A stretch of 64,000 nucleotides of DNA, taken from assembly GCA_963663475.2 (NCBI GenBank), contig CAXXJV010000001.1:128001-192000 (forward strand). The letters are read 5' to 3'. Within the stretch, counting starts at the first letter, position 1; every line of letters begins with the position of its first letter. A program made the position numbers and the translations under genes. Positions 27,257 through 35,720 of this stretch are shown here, one piece after another. The DNA is from Candidatus Cloacimonadales bacterium. Lineage in GTDB: Bacteria > Cloacimonadota > Cloacimonadia > Cloacimonadales > JAFGVF01. The notes below the pieces were generated by a model. The model saw nothing but the letters and a program-made list of their open reading frames with translations, searched no databases and was not told where the DNA came from.

Positions 27257-29935
27257 ATGAATATACTTGATTTATTTAAAAAAACATCAACAACCATCTT
27301 AACTCAAAATAAAATTGAGGAAGAAAAACCTCTTTGGTCAGCTAAAATCACACCTTCAGAAATGGATTTAGCTCTACATAATGCCCATAATGGAAGATTG
27401 AAACACCTTAATAACTTATATGATAGACTTTATAAGCTTGATGATAACCTGGCTGGGGATACTGATGTCAGAGTAGAAGCTCTTAAATCAGCTTCTTTCA
27501 CTTTCCCTGAAGGTCTCTCGAAGCAACAACAAGACTTCTTTAAAGCCTTTTTAGAGAACTTTTTTACAGTCCTCATTGACCAGGCTCTTGATTTAAAACT
27601 AACTGGTTCTCTCTTTCGTCAGATTACCTTTAAGCTGGAAAACAATCTTTATACCATAGACAAGTTCATAGAATACAAAAACCTCGATTTGAGGGCTGAA
27701 AAATCTGAATTGGTCTTGTATGTCGAAGATGAGAAGAAAAGCCTCTCTGATGATAAATTTGTGCGTCTATATCAAAATTATTCAGTCTATGAGTCTATAA
27801 TCAAATACTATGCTTTCTTTTCCTTTGCTCTCAACAACTGGGCTTCCTTTGTTGAAACCTATGGAAAACCTATCAGAATTGGTAAGTATAAACCAGGTTC
27901 AACCCCTGAAGAGAAGAACCTACTCAAGTCTATGGTAAAGAACCTGGGTACAGACTTAGGAGCTGTTATCTCTGAAAATACTCTAATTGAGTTCGCAGAC
28001 TTTAAAAATGCTTCAGCTAATGCTAATCTCTACGCAACTCTTTTAGATTTCTGTAAAAAATCAATCTCTAAAAGAATACTTGGCCAAACTCTCACAACTA
28101 ATACTGAAAAGACAGGATCCTATGCTCAAGCTAAGGTTCATAACATGGTCAGACAGGATATCCTCCAGGCTGACATCAGAGACTGCTCTAAGTATATCTC
28201 TTATATCTGCTCCAGGTTAAACAGATTGAACTTCGTTGACCAAGATATTAAAGTAACTCTTACTATCCCTGAACATGTTGATTTAAACACTAAGATAAAC
28301 ATCGATACTCAACTAAACAAAATCATCGAAATCGAACCTGATTATTGGTACACCACTTATGGCATCCCTGTACCAAAGTCTGGTGCAAAACTAAAGGAGG
28401 TTGCATCTCAGCTCTTCCCTTTTCAGAATAGGATTGGGGTTGGCTCCACTGGGATCGCTGGCATCCCTGTCGGCATAACTGGGAACACGGGCATCCCTGC
28501 CGCCATAACTGGGAACGCGGGCATCCCTGCCCGCACAGGCAGTTCAACTGATTGTATATCTTCAAAGTCCCCTTCAGGGGATTTAGGGGCTTCCCTCAAA
28601 GAACTCAAGAAAATCAAATCTCAAATTAAAGAAGCCAAATCTTTCAAAGATATAGAAAATATGTCTTATCCTAAAGACCTCTATTTAACCTATGCGAATG
28701 AGATGTATCAAACACTTCTTAAAGAATACTATAAGCTAAGAAAAGCTTCTCTAAAGAAGAAAGCTTCCTCTTCAATTCTCAACTCTCAATTCTCAATTCT
28801 CAATTCTGATGACTTCAACTTCGAAATAGACTGGACCCTGGAAGATACCAAAGCCCTCCATGCATTCAGAGCAGAAACCTTTATCGTAGCAGGAGTTACT
28901 TCTCAATCCATGCTTGACATGATTAAGTCTGAAGCTGAAAAAGCCTTTACTCAAGGTACTACCTTTCAAGAGTTCCAGGAAAATCTAAAACTAAAAGGCT
29001 TTGAACCTGATAATCCTTACCACCTAAGAACTAACTTCCAACAAGCTATTAAATCAGCTCGTGCATCTGCAGAATGGAAAGATATCCAGGACACTAAAGA
29101 AATCTTCCCTTATCTCCGTTATGTTACTATGCAAGATGATGCTGTGAGAGATGAACATAGAGCCTTAGATGGCATAGTCAGACATGTAGATGATCCTTTC
29201 TGGGATGAGTATTATCCTCCTAATGGCTGGGGTTGTCGTTGTGGTAAAGAACAACTAACTGAAGAAGAAGCAAACGGAGACCCTGGACTCAAGAGAGATG
29301 TTCCTCCTGATTCAAATGTTAAAGAAGAGTTTAAACGCAATGTAGGCAAAGACAATTCTCTCTTTGGGGATTGGTTAAGCTGTGAAGATGCTAAAAACAT
29401 CTCTATTTTATACCCAGAAATGTCTATCAGAAGCAAGCGTTTACACATCTACAACTCAGGTAAAAAGCATTGCCCTGATTTATATGCAAATACCTACAAG
29501 GATTTAAAGCTTAAGGATTGGAAAGATATGCCAGAGAATAAACTGCCAAAACTCTACGATACAGATGGTAAAACTAAAGATGAATTGCTCAAAGACTATG
29601 CAGATTATCTTGGAGACAGGAGGATTAAGTACAACGATAACACTCCAATAGAACTACTTGCTATTAAAGCTCAAAAATTCAAGAACTACGATTTGAAAGA
29701 CATTAAAGGTAGACTAAAGTATATGAATACCATCGATGATGTTTTAACAAAGCCTGATGAAGTATGGCAACAATCTGATAAAAAGAGAATACGATTCTTT
29801 AAGAAATACTCTAAAAATATCATTCTTCTTGTGGAAATCAAGGAAGGTTCTTATGAATACTTTAACATCATTGTAGCTTCCAATTCAAATAGTATAGATA
29901 AAAAACGTACTGGATTCTTTGGAATAAAGAAATAA
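27257..29935 (+). CDS. Portal (Mu gp29/DUF935) fused to MuF (gp30) and a C-terminal PBECR-like nuclease-fold domain
   Basis: WASFVETYGKP..IGKY and ISKRILGQTLTT..GSYAQAKVH (portal); HLRTN, VRDEH and PFW..YYPPNGWGCRC (MuF); LTKPDEVW...KKRTG tail; AAGGAG RBS. Confidence 0.85.
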   Translation: MNILDLFKKTSTTILTQNKIEEEKPLWSAKITPSEMDLALHNAHNGRLKHLNNLYDRLYKLDDNLAGDTDVRVEALKSASFTFPEGLSKQQQDFFKAFLENFFTVLIDQALDLKLTGSLFRQITFKLENNLYTIDKFIEYKNLDLRAEKSELVLYVEDEKKSLSDDKFVRLYQNYSVYESIIKYYAFFSFALNNWASFVETYGKPIRIGKYKPGSTPEEKNLLKSMVKNLGTDLGAVISENTLIEFADFKNASANANLYATLLDFCKKSISKRILGQTLTTNTEKTGSYAQAKVHNMVRQDILQADIRDCSKYISYICSRLNRLNFVDQDIKVTLTIPEHVDLNTKINIDTQLNKIIEIEPDYWYTTYGIPVPKSGAKLKEVASQLFPFQNRIGVGSTGIAGIPVGITGNTGIPAAITGNAGIPARTGSSTDCISSKSPSGDLGASLKELKKIKSQIKEAKSFKDIENMSYPKDLYLTYANEMYQTLLKEYYKLRKASLKKKASSSILNSQFSILNSDDFNFEIDWTLEDTKALHAFRAETFIVAGVTSQSMLDMIKSEAEKAFTQGTTFQEFQENLKLKGFEPDNPYHLRTNFQQAIKSARASAEWKDIQDTKEIFPYLRYVTMQDDAVRDEHRALDGIVRHVDDPFWDEYYPPNGWGCRCGKEQLTEEEANGDPGLKRDVPPDSNVKEEFKRNVGKDNSLFGDWLSCEDAKNISILYPEMSIRSKRLHIYNSGKKHCPDLYANTYKDLKLKDWKDMPENKLPKLYDTDGKTKDELLKDYADYLGDRRIKYNDNTPIELLAIKAQKFKNYDLKDIKGRLKYMNTIDDVLTKPDEVWQQSDKKRIRFFKKYSKNIILLVEIKEGSYEYFNIIVASNSNSIDKKRTGFFGIKK
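28448..28537 (+). repeat. Three tandem 30-bp ACTGGGA-REP units in-frame in the portal-MuF linker
   Basis: Encode TGIAGIPVGI/TGNTGIPAAI/TGNAGIPART; same family as the intergenic host copies. Confidence 0.85.
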
Positions 29936-29949
29936 ATAAGTTATAACGT

Positions 29950-29977
29950 AAAAAGGGCTATTCTATATAGCCCTTTT
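29950..29977. terminator. Bidirectional terminator
   Basis: AAAAGGGCTA-TTCTATA-TAGCCCTTTT. Confidence 0.8.
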
Positions 29978-30200
29978 GTTTGATATTAAGACGCTAACAC
30001 GCCACGAATCAACAAACGTCGCCTCAGGGTTAGCCCCATCAGTCAAGATGCTCGTGGTTTACTTATCAACCTCAGCGTCCACACAGCTTAAACAAGGATA
30101 AGCTCTGGCTGTGCTTCCAGTTTCATGGACCCGTAAAGTCTTAATCACTTCTAGGCTTTCCACACCAATCAAACGAGGATTAAGCTCTCTCGGTGCTTCT
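29950..30200 (-). ncRNA. Candidate phage structured ncRNA (~250 nt), family unassigned
   Basis: Own TTGCAA-N16-TATAAT promoter (30207-30234) and terminator; GC-richer than its flanks; repeated hairpins with covarying stems; no credible ORF. Confidence 0.7.
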
Positions 30201-30238
30201 ATTTATATTATACTCAAGTTCTTACTTTTTGCAAGTTA

Positions 30239-31537
30239 TCATTCATCAATTAAACCCAAAATCCACTCAATCCAAGAAATTACAGTACTTGCTCTTCGAT
30301 TATATGTATACTCTGATTCTACACTATTAATATTAGATATTTTCATAAATTCTACTATACTTTCTTTCTCTGGTCTAACCTGATTATCTAAGTAATCTAA
30401 TAGTGCTAATCTGAAAGGTTTATGAGATAATATTAGTTCTGTATATTTAAGATTTCTTTCTCTATTAGTTTTATTGAAAAGAGATTTACCCATTTCACTC
30501 AAGTAATATACGATATCTCCTTGTTCATTTTTTCCTTTCTCTATTAGCATTAAATATAAACAAGCATTAGTATAATAGCCAGTTTGTCTATTAGTAAAAT
30601 TATAGTTTTCAGTTATTTCATCATTGCTAATCTCATTTTTATCGTTCAGAATCTCACAAATGTTAATAACTCTTTCAAAACTATTAGCTTGTGGAAAAGG
30701 TACATTTGTAGATTCCTCTGTAACTCTTACAAAAGATAATATCTCTATAATATCATTTAGCCGTATTGGTGAATCTGTGAAAGTATAAGATTGTTTTCTC
30801 ACGAGTACTATTGAATTATATTTGTTTTTGTCAGTAAATCTGTATTCATGTAGAGTAAAAATACCATTTAAAAACGTCATATAAACTGGTCTTATAGTCT
30901 TATTGATTTTATTCTCCCATAAACGGTATGGATAATAAAGTTGCCTAATCAGAAAGTCCTCAGATATTGTGTTCTTAGCTTCTATTAGAATTAAAGAGTT
31001 TTGACTCTCAAATCCTCCATCTATCTCCATTTGAGATTTCTCTACAGAACACTCCAAAAGATTCAGATCATGTTTTTGGACACTAAAATTGAAACATCCT
31101 GAAGACATTCTACCACTTACTGTTAATTGGCTATCCTCATCAAAGAAATCATTAAAAATACCTGAAATTTGAGCAATATTTATTGCTGTAGATTCGCTTG
31201 TGATATTCCCTTGTTCAATTGATAGGATATGTTCTGGAAAAGGTACAGTCTTAACATCTGTTTTAATTTTTTCAAAGTCATGATATGCTTCAAAATTTGA
31301 AATGACATAATCACCTCTTGTTAAAGGGAGGATTGCAAGTTTATATTTTTTAAATAATTTTGGCAAAGTATTCTTGAAGTCAAACTTAGTCATAAGTCTT
31401 GCTTCTCGAAATTCTTTAATCTCCTTTGCGGTAATAATATATTTACCTTCATCAGTTATTTTTTTATCAATCTTATATTTATCAAACAATTTTCCCCAAG
31501 CCTCATCAAGCTTAGTTTCACTAGATTTTTTACTCAT
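30239..31537 (-). CDS. Putative type II restriction endonuclease (PD-(D/E)XK, C-terminal winged-helix-like domain)
   Basis: QMEIDGGFESQNSLILIEAK and RQLYYPYR; coupled to a Dam-like methylase. Confidence 0.7.
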   Translation of the reverse strand: MSKKSSETKLDEAWGKLFDKYKIDKKITDEGKYIITAKEIKEFREARLMTKFDFKNTLPKLFKKYKLAILPLTRGDYVISNFEAYHDFEKIKTDVKTVPFPEHILSIEQGNITSESTAINIAQISGIFNDFFDEDSQLTVSGRMSSGCFNFSVQKHDLNLLECSVEKSQMEIDGGFESQNSLILIEAKNTISEDFLIRQLYYPYRLWENKINKTIRPVYMTFLNGIFTLHEYRFTDKNKYNSIVLVRKQSYTFTDSPIRLNDIIEILSFVRVTEESTNVPFPQANSFERVINICEILNDKNEISNDEITENYNFTNRQTGYYTNACLYLMLIEKGKNEQGDIVYYLSEMGKSLFNKTNRERNLKYTELILSHKPFRLALLDYLDNQVRPEKESIVEFMKISNINSVESEYTYNRRASTVISWIEWILGLIDE

Positions 31538-32366
31538 AGTTCCTCACTAGGACTTCATCAACTTCTCCTCTAGATGATCCTACAGAGTTAATCGACCTTC
31601 TAGCCTGAACATTAAGTATTTGATAATCTTTGTATAATTCTCTTATATACTCTGTGTTTGAATTAGATAAAAGAAATTTAACTCCTCTTTGATTTAAATT
31701 ATCACATAATAATTTTAATCTCAATTGCTCATCTTTATTGAAGCCACCCTGAGTGTATCCAGTAAAACTTGAACTAGAAGAAACAGGATCATAAGGTGGA
31801 TCAAAATAAACAAATGCTCCCTTTCTAATTCCTTTTACTGATTCTTCAAAATCACCATTGAGAAAAGTTATATTATTATTCAACAGATATTTACTAACAG
31901 CTCTTAGTGTTACCTCATTAACGATGTTTGGATTCTTATAGAAACCAAAAGGGGCATTGAATTCTCCAGCTTGATTTACTCTAAACAAACCATTATAACA
32001 AGTTTTATTTAAATATATTATTCTTGAGGCTTTTTCTATATTAGAAAGTCTTTCATACGAACCTAAATCTCTATCCTTAGCACGAAGCTCATAAAAATAA
32101 TCTTTTGTATTTTCATGAGTTTTTAAATTATCAATTAGTTCTTCAACGTTTTCTTTAACAACTTGATAAACATTGATTAGTTCGGAGTTGTAGTCATTAA
32201 CTATGGCTTTTTTAGGTTGGATATCAAATAAAACAGCCCCACCCCCTAAAAATGGTTCATAATAAGTTGAGACATTTTGTGGTCTTAATTTATTTATCTG
32301 TGTTAAAAGTTGTCTTTTACCACCGACCCATTTTAAAATTGGCATTACTAATTTATTTTTTGGCAT
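31530..32366 (-). CDS. Dam/DpnII-like DNA adenine methyltransferase
   Basis: KWVGGKRQL, YYEPFLGGGAV, LNKTCYNGLFRVN, DPPY and SNS. Confidence 0.9.
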   Translation of the reverse strand: MPKNKLVMPILKWVGGKRQLLTQINKLRPQNVSTYYEPFLGGGAVLFDIQPKKAIVNDYNSELINVYQVVKENVEELIDNLKTHENTKDYFYELRAKDRDLGSYERLSNIEKASRIIYLNKTCYNGLFRVNQAGEFNAPFGFYKNPNIVNEVTLRAVSKYLLNNNITFLNGDFEESVKGIRKGAFVYFDPPYDPVSSSSSFTGYTQGGFNKDEQLRLKLLCDNLNQRGVKFLLSNSNTEYIRELYKDYQILNVQARRSINSVGSSRGEVDEVLVRNYE

Positions 32367-32465
32367 AATCATCTCCAACTTCTTGTCTTTTTTAAGACAT
32401 AATATATTTAAACAGCTTAGTGTCAATAAAATTTATATAAAATTAAGTAACACTTAAAAAGAATA

Positions 32466-33023
32466 TTATTTAAGCCCATAATTCATTTGTTCAAAAAATT
32501 CTCTTTTCACTTCATCAGGAACTTCTTTTTTTTCAGACTCTAGCATAGAAATCTCTGCCAGATATATTTTATCTGATTTGTACCTTTTCCCTCTTGAGTC
32601 TACTACATGCATTCTAATATACCATCTTTCTTTTATACTATCTTTGATATCAATAGGATACTGACTAAGTAAATATCCAATATCTAGATGGAACTTCTTC
32701 CTCTCTTCTTTATCATATATATTATTATCTTGAAGTAATGGAATATGCATAATAGGATTTGTTTTTTTTCTAATATTAAATCTGTTATAAACAACATATT
32801 CAAATCTCTGTATGTACTTTCGATAATTAGATAAGTTTGTTATTATAATTAAATATATATCAATAGGATATTCACCATATTCCAATGTTCCATAAGTTAT
32901 TTCAGCTTTCATTTTTGATCTTCTATCAAGGAAATAAAATAATGCATTGAGAAATAAACTAACTAGACTTATTGCAACTGCAATTCCTGAATAAAAAGAA
33001 CTGTCCAAATTAACCTCCATCAT
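32466..33023 (-). CDS. Hypothetical N-terminally anchored membrane protein
   Basis: IAVAISLVSLFLNALFYF TM segment; GAGG near the start. Confidence 0.6.
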   Translation of the reverse strand: MMEVNLDSSFYSGIAVAISLVSLFLNALFYFLDRRSKMKAEITYGTLEYGEYPIDIYLIIITNLSNYRKYIQRFEYVVYNRFNIRKKTNPIMHIPLLQDNNIYDKEERKKFHLDIGYLLSQYPIDIKDSIKERWYIRMHVVDSRGKRYKSDKIYLAEISMLESEKKEVPDEVKREFFEQMNYGLK

Positions 33024-33201
33024 TTTTTTACTTTTTTAGTACACTTTATTTTTTATGCCGTTCTAAATATTTCTTTAGAAAATAATTCTAACTATTTGAA
33101 TAATAGATTTTAATATCTTACAAAAAAAATAATCCGTTTATGAATATTGACAAATTATCAGTATTTTATATATTAACTAAAATCTAAAAAAGGAGGTAAA
33201 C

Positions 33202-33357
33202 ATGGATACTTGGAAATTCTATTTAGACGCTAATAATAAATGGCGTTGGCAAAGAAAAGCCAGTAACGGTGAAATAGTTGGTGCATCTACTCAAGGCTAT
33301 GTAAATAAGTCTGATTGTGTAGAAAATGCTCGTAGAAATGGATATAAAGGCAACTAA
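33202..33357 (+). CDS. DUF1508/YegP-family small protein (not in the ORF track)
   Basis: MDTWKFYLDANNKWRWQRKASNGEIVGASTQGYVNKSDC; AGGAGG RBS, TTGACA promoter, downstream hairpin 33385-33425. Confidence 0.85.
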   Translation: MDTWKFYLDANNKWRWQRKASNGEIVGASTQGYVNKSDCVENARRNGYKGN

Positions 33358-33449
33358 CAAAATAGTTACCTTTATATGAGAAACAAAAGCTTCAGTTTTT
33401 ATGTGACAGTTTAAACTGGAGCTTTATTTTATGCCACTTTTATAATTAT

Positions 33450-34160
33450 TTAATGGATGTCAAATAAATTCTGAACATCTATTATAGTTCCCTTCAACCA
33501 CTGCACAAACAAATTTCGCACCAGGTTATCCTCCAGCCCTCTCTTGTAGGCCATGTCTTTAAAAGGGGGCTTTAACTGCTTATAAAAAGCCTTATAATCT
33601 TCATCACTAGCTTTAGCTAAGAGCTTCTTACTTAGTTCTCTCCACTCTTCTTGTTTTTTCAAATCTTCTGGAGTAATATCTTCATCAGGAAGACCTCTCT
33701 CAATTCTTTTAGCTTTCTCAAACTCTGCTTTCTGTTGATCAAGTTTCTTCTGGTAAGAATACCATTCTTGCAAATATCCCTCAAATTTATTACTAAACAA
33801 AGTCTTAGGTCGCAAGTAAGGAGTAAATTTCTCATCTCCTAACCATTGTTTTGACTTAATAAATATCACCTTTTTAAAGTCTTCAGGACTAAAGCCATCA
33901 TTTAATCTAGCTCTGATTAAGGCTTTTGTTTCGGTAGTATTCCAGCGATATTGTTTCCCTGTCTTTTGGTTAAGTTCTTCCACTATCTGTTGATAAATAT
34001 CTACACTTATTCCCCTCTGTGGAGGGGTGCCCGAAAGGGTGGGGTGGTGTTTTGCTTTTAACCTTTGCAGAAATTGCAGGGTCTTGACTTCCAGGATTTC
34101 AAGCCCTACAATCTCTATCAATTCCTTATATATCTGATTAATCTTCTCTTTTGTGGTCAT
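33450..34160 (-). CDS. Conserved phage C-terminal domain (Phg_2220_C-like) protein
   Basis: LNQKTGK.Y...LIRARL.DG..DFKKVI..K..QW....YLRPKTLFSNKFEGYL. Confidence 0.8.
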   Translation of the reverse strand: MTTKEKINQIYKELIEIVGLEILEVKTLQFLQRLKAKHHPTLSGTPPQRGISVDIYQQIVEELNQKTGKQYRWNTTETKALIRARLNDGFSPEDFKKVIFIKSKQWLGDEKFTPYLRPKTLFSNKFEGYLQEWYSYQKKLDQQKAEFEKAKRIERGLPDEDITPEDLKKQEEWRELSKKLLAKASDEDYKAFYKQLKPPFKDMAYKRGLEDNLVRNLFVQWLKGTIIDVQNLFDIH

Positions 34161-34172
34161 TGTAGTTAGTCC

Positions 34173-34466
34173 TTATTCATCATCTCTACTAATTATCCTC
34201 TCTCCACAAAACGGACAAAACAACATTTCCTCAGCAATAATTTTCTTTTCTCCACCATATCTTAGTACTTGAAACGGAACAAAATAATTGCGGTTTCTCA
34301 TATAAATATAAGGGTATGAAACAGTGAATATTGGGTCTTCAAAGTGTATTCTATTCTCAATCTTCTCTATTTCTTTAATACGATTTTCAAAGCACTTACA
34401 CATTTGATGTTTCCTCACTCTTCTCCTATTAGTACCAGTCTGGTCTTTCACAGCTTGTTTCTTCAT
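34173..34466 (-). CDS. Hypothetical Cys-rich phage protein
   Basis: MCKC...FCPFCG. Confidence 0.55.
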   Translation of the reverse strand: MKKQAVKDQTGTNRRRVRKHQMCKCFENRIKEIEKIENRIHFEDPIFTVSYPYIYMRNRNYFVPFQVLRYGGEKKIIAEEMLFCPFCGERIISRDDE

Positions 34467-34614
34467 GTTTAACTTCTTTAGTTTTTAAACATTTTTCACA
34501 GTAAAACCTATCTATCTTAGTATAGTGATAGCTTCTACTGCCATAATAAGCAGAGCTTTTGTTTGACTCCATATATACCCACTTGTGTACACATTGCTTT
34601 TTATTTTCATTCAT
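34429..34614 (-). CDS. Hypothetical zinc-binding phage protein
   Basis: C.HKW...CEKC; AGGAG RBS. Confidence 0.55.
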   Translation of the reverse strand: MNENKKQCVHKWVYMESNKSSAYYGSRSYHYTKIDRFYCEKCLKTKEVKHEETSCERPDWY

Positions 34615-34679
34615 TCTTTTCTCCTATTCGTGTTAATTCGTTATAATTCGTGCTAATTAGTGTAAAAGCTCTTTAACCT

Positions 34680-34829
34680 TCAACTCTTCTTAAATCTCCA
34701 AATATCAGCCACTCTTGCTTCAGATAAAAAGAATTCCCCTGCTACAATTTTAAAGCAGTCTTTTAACCGAAACCCACTGCCTTTAAGTTCTTTAATTCTA
34801 ACTCTTATTTTCTTATACTTCTTATTCAC
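34680..34829 (-). CDS. Small HTH protein, Mor/C activator-like (not in the ORF track)
   Basis: GTG start overlapping the upstream gene end; IVAGEFFLSEARVADIW. Confidence 0.45.
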   Translation of the reverse strand: MNKKYKKIRVRIKELKGSGFRLKDCFKIVAGEFFLSEARVADIWRFKKS

Positions 34830-35013
34830 TCTTTTTTCTCCAGTAGTAAACATAGTGATAAAGTTCTACATTTCCTGCCACAGCTTTACGTACCTGCTTT
34901 TGATGCTCCAAAAAACAGCGTCTGAGGGCACAGAACCTCTTTCTCTTAGTACTGCACCAACTCTCCTGACAAAGTGGCACCAAGCACCCCACACGCTTTT
35001 TATCTGGATTCAT
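34822..35013 (-). CDS. Hypothetical protein
   Basis: GGAGGG RBS; Cys-rich. Confidence 0.5.
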   Translation of the reverse strand: MNPDKKRVGCLVPLCQESWCSTKRKRFCALRRCFLEHQKQVRKAVAGNVELYHYVYYWRKKSE

Positions 35014-35091
35014 TTACCCTCCAATTAACTGGGACATCGGGCATCTCTGCCGTATCTTCTCTAACTGGGAACGCTGGCATCCCTGCCCGCA

Positions 35092-35703
35092 TTACAGTGC
35101 TGAAAAATTCAAAGTAATTGATTTCCAGCTCCCATCTTCTTGCTTTTCTTTGAAGTTAAAATATCGCTTAGTAGAATCAATTCTGATAGCTTCAGAGATT
35201 AGATCCATTGCTTCTTGCCATTCAGGATGTTCAATCTTCAATGTCCTAAGGGATAGAATCTGTTTTACATCAACATTTCCCTTTTTATCTACATTAAAGG
35301 CCTTGTTTATAAGCATAACAATCTCTTTGCCTGCATTCTTTACTAAGCTTTTGATATAGTTATCAATCTTAGATTTAGCAATCTGTAGCTTATTATCAAA
35401 GCTAATTTTATCACTAATACTAACATCAATTCTATACTTCTCAGCAAAGTCCATTATAACAGCATTGCCTTTCCATTTCTCATTATGTTTATGGGCTAAG
35501 GAATCTAGGTAATCATCTACCATTTTTGCTAGTTTGCTTTTGAATGAAGTTAAATCACTTACCAGTTTATCAACTTCACTAAAGACTTCAGTGACTAGCT
35601 TATCTCTATTCTGATCATCTTTATCTATATACCTGATTGGTACTTCATAGCCATCAGGATTTATCCATAATTTAGTTCTTCCATCAACTCTTACTTCTGC
35701 CAT
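35092..35703 (-). CDS. DUF3164 family protein (Mu-like early gene)
   Basis: FDNKLQIAK..ID, AFNVDKKG, W.EAMDLI and ITLNFSAL. Confidence 0.85.
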   Translation of the reverse strand: MAEVRVDGRTKLWINPDGYEVPIRYIDKDDQNRDKLVTEVFSEVDKLVSDLTSFKSKLAKMVDDYLDSLAHKHNEKWKGNAVIMDFAEKYRIDVSISDKISFDNKLQIAKSKIDNYIKSLVKNAGKEIVMLINKAFNVDKKGNVDVKQILSLRTLKIEHPEWQEAMDLISEAIRIDSTKRYFNFKEKQEDGSWKSITLNFSAL

Positions 35704-35720
35704 TCTTTACTCCTCTTTTA

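Noticed and set aside
28448-28537. CRISPR-like array from the 30-bp repeats
   Set aside because: No unique spacers, no cas genes, and the unit is a dispersed REP
30020-30056. Hammerhead ribozyme in the ncRNA candidate
   Set aside because: It has CTGATGG rather than CTGANGA and no GAAA after the stem
30111-30383. 90-aa + strand ORF
   Set aside because: Antisense to the nuclease gene and the ncRNA promoter; no RBS
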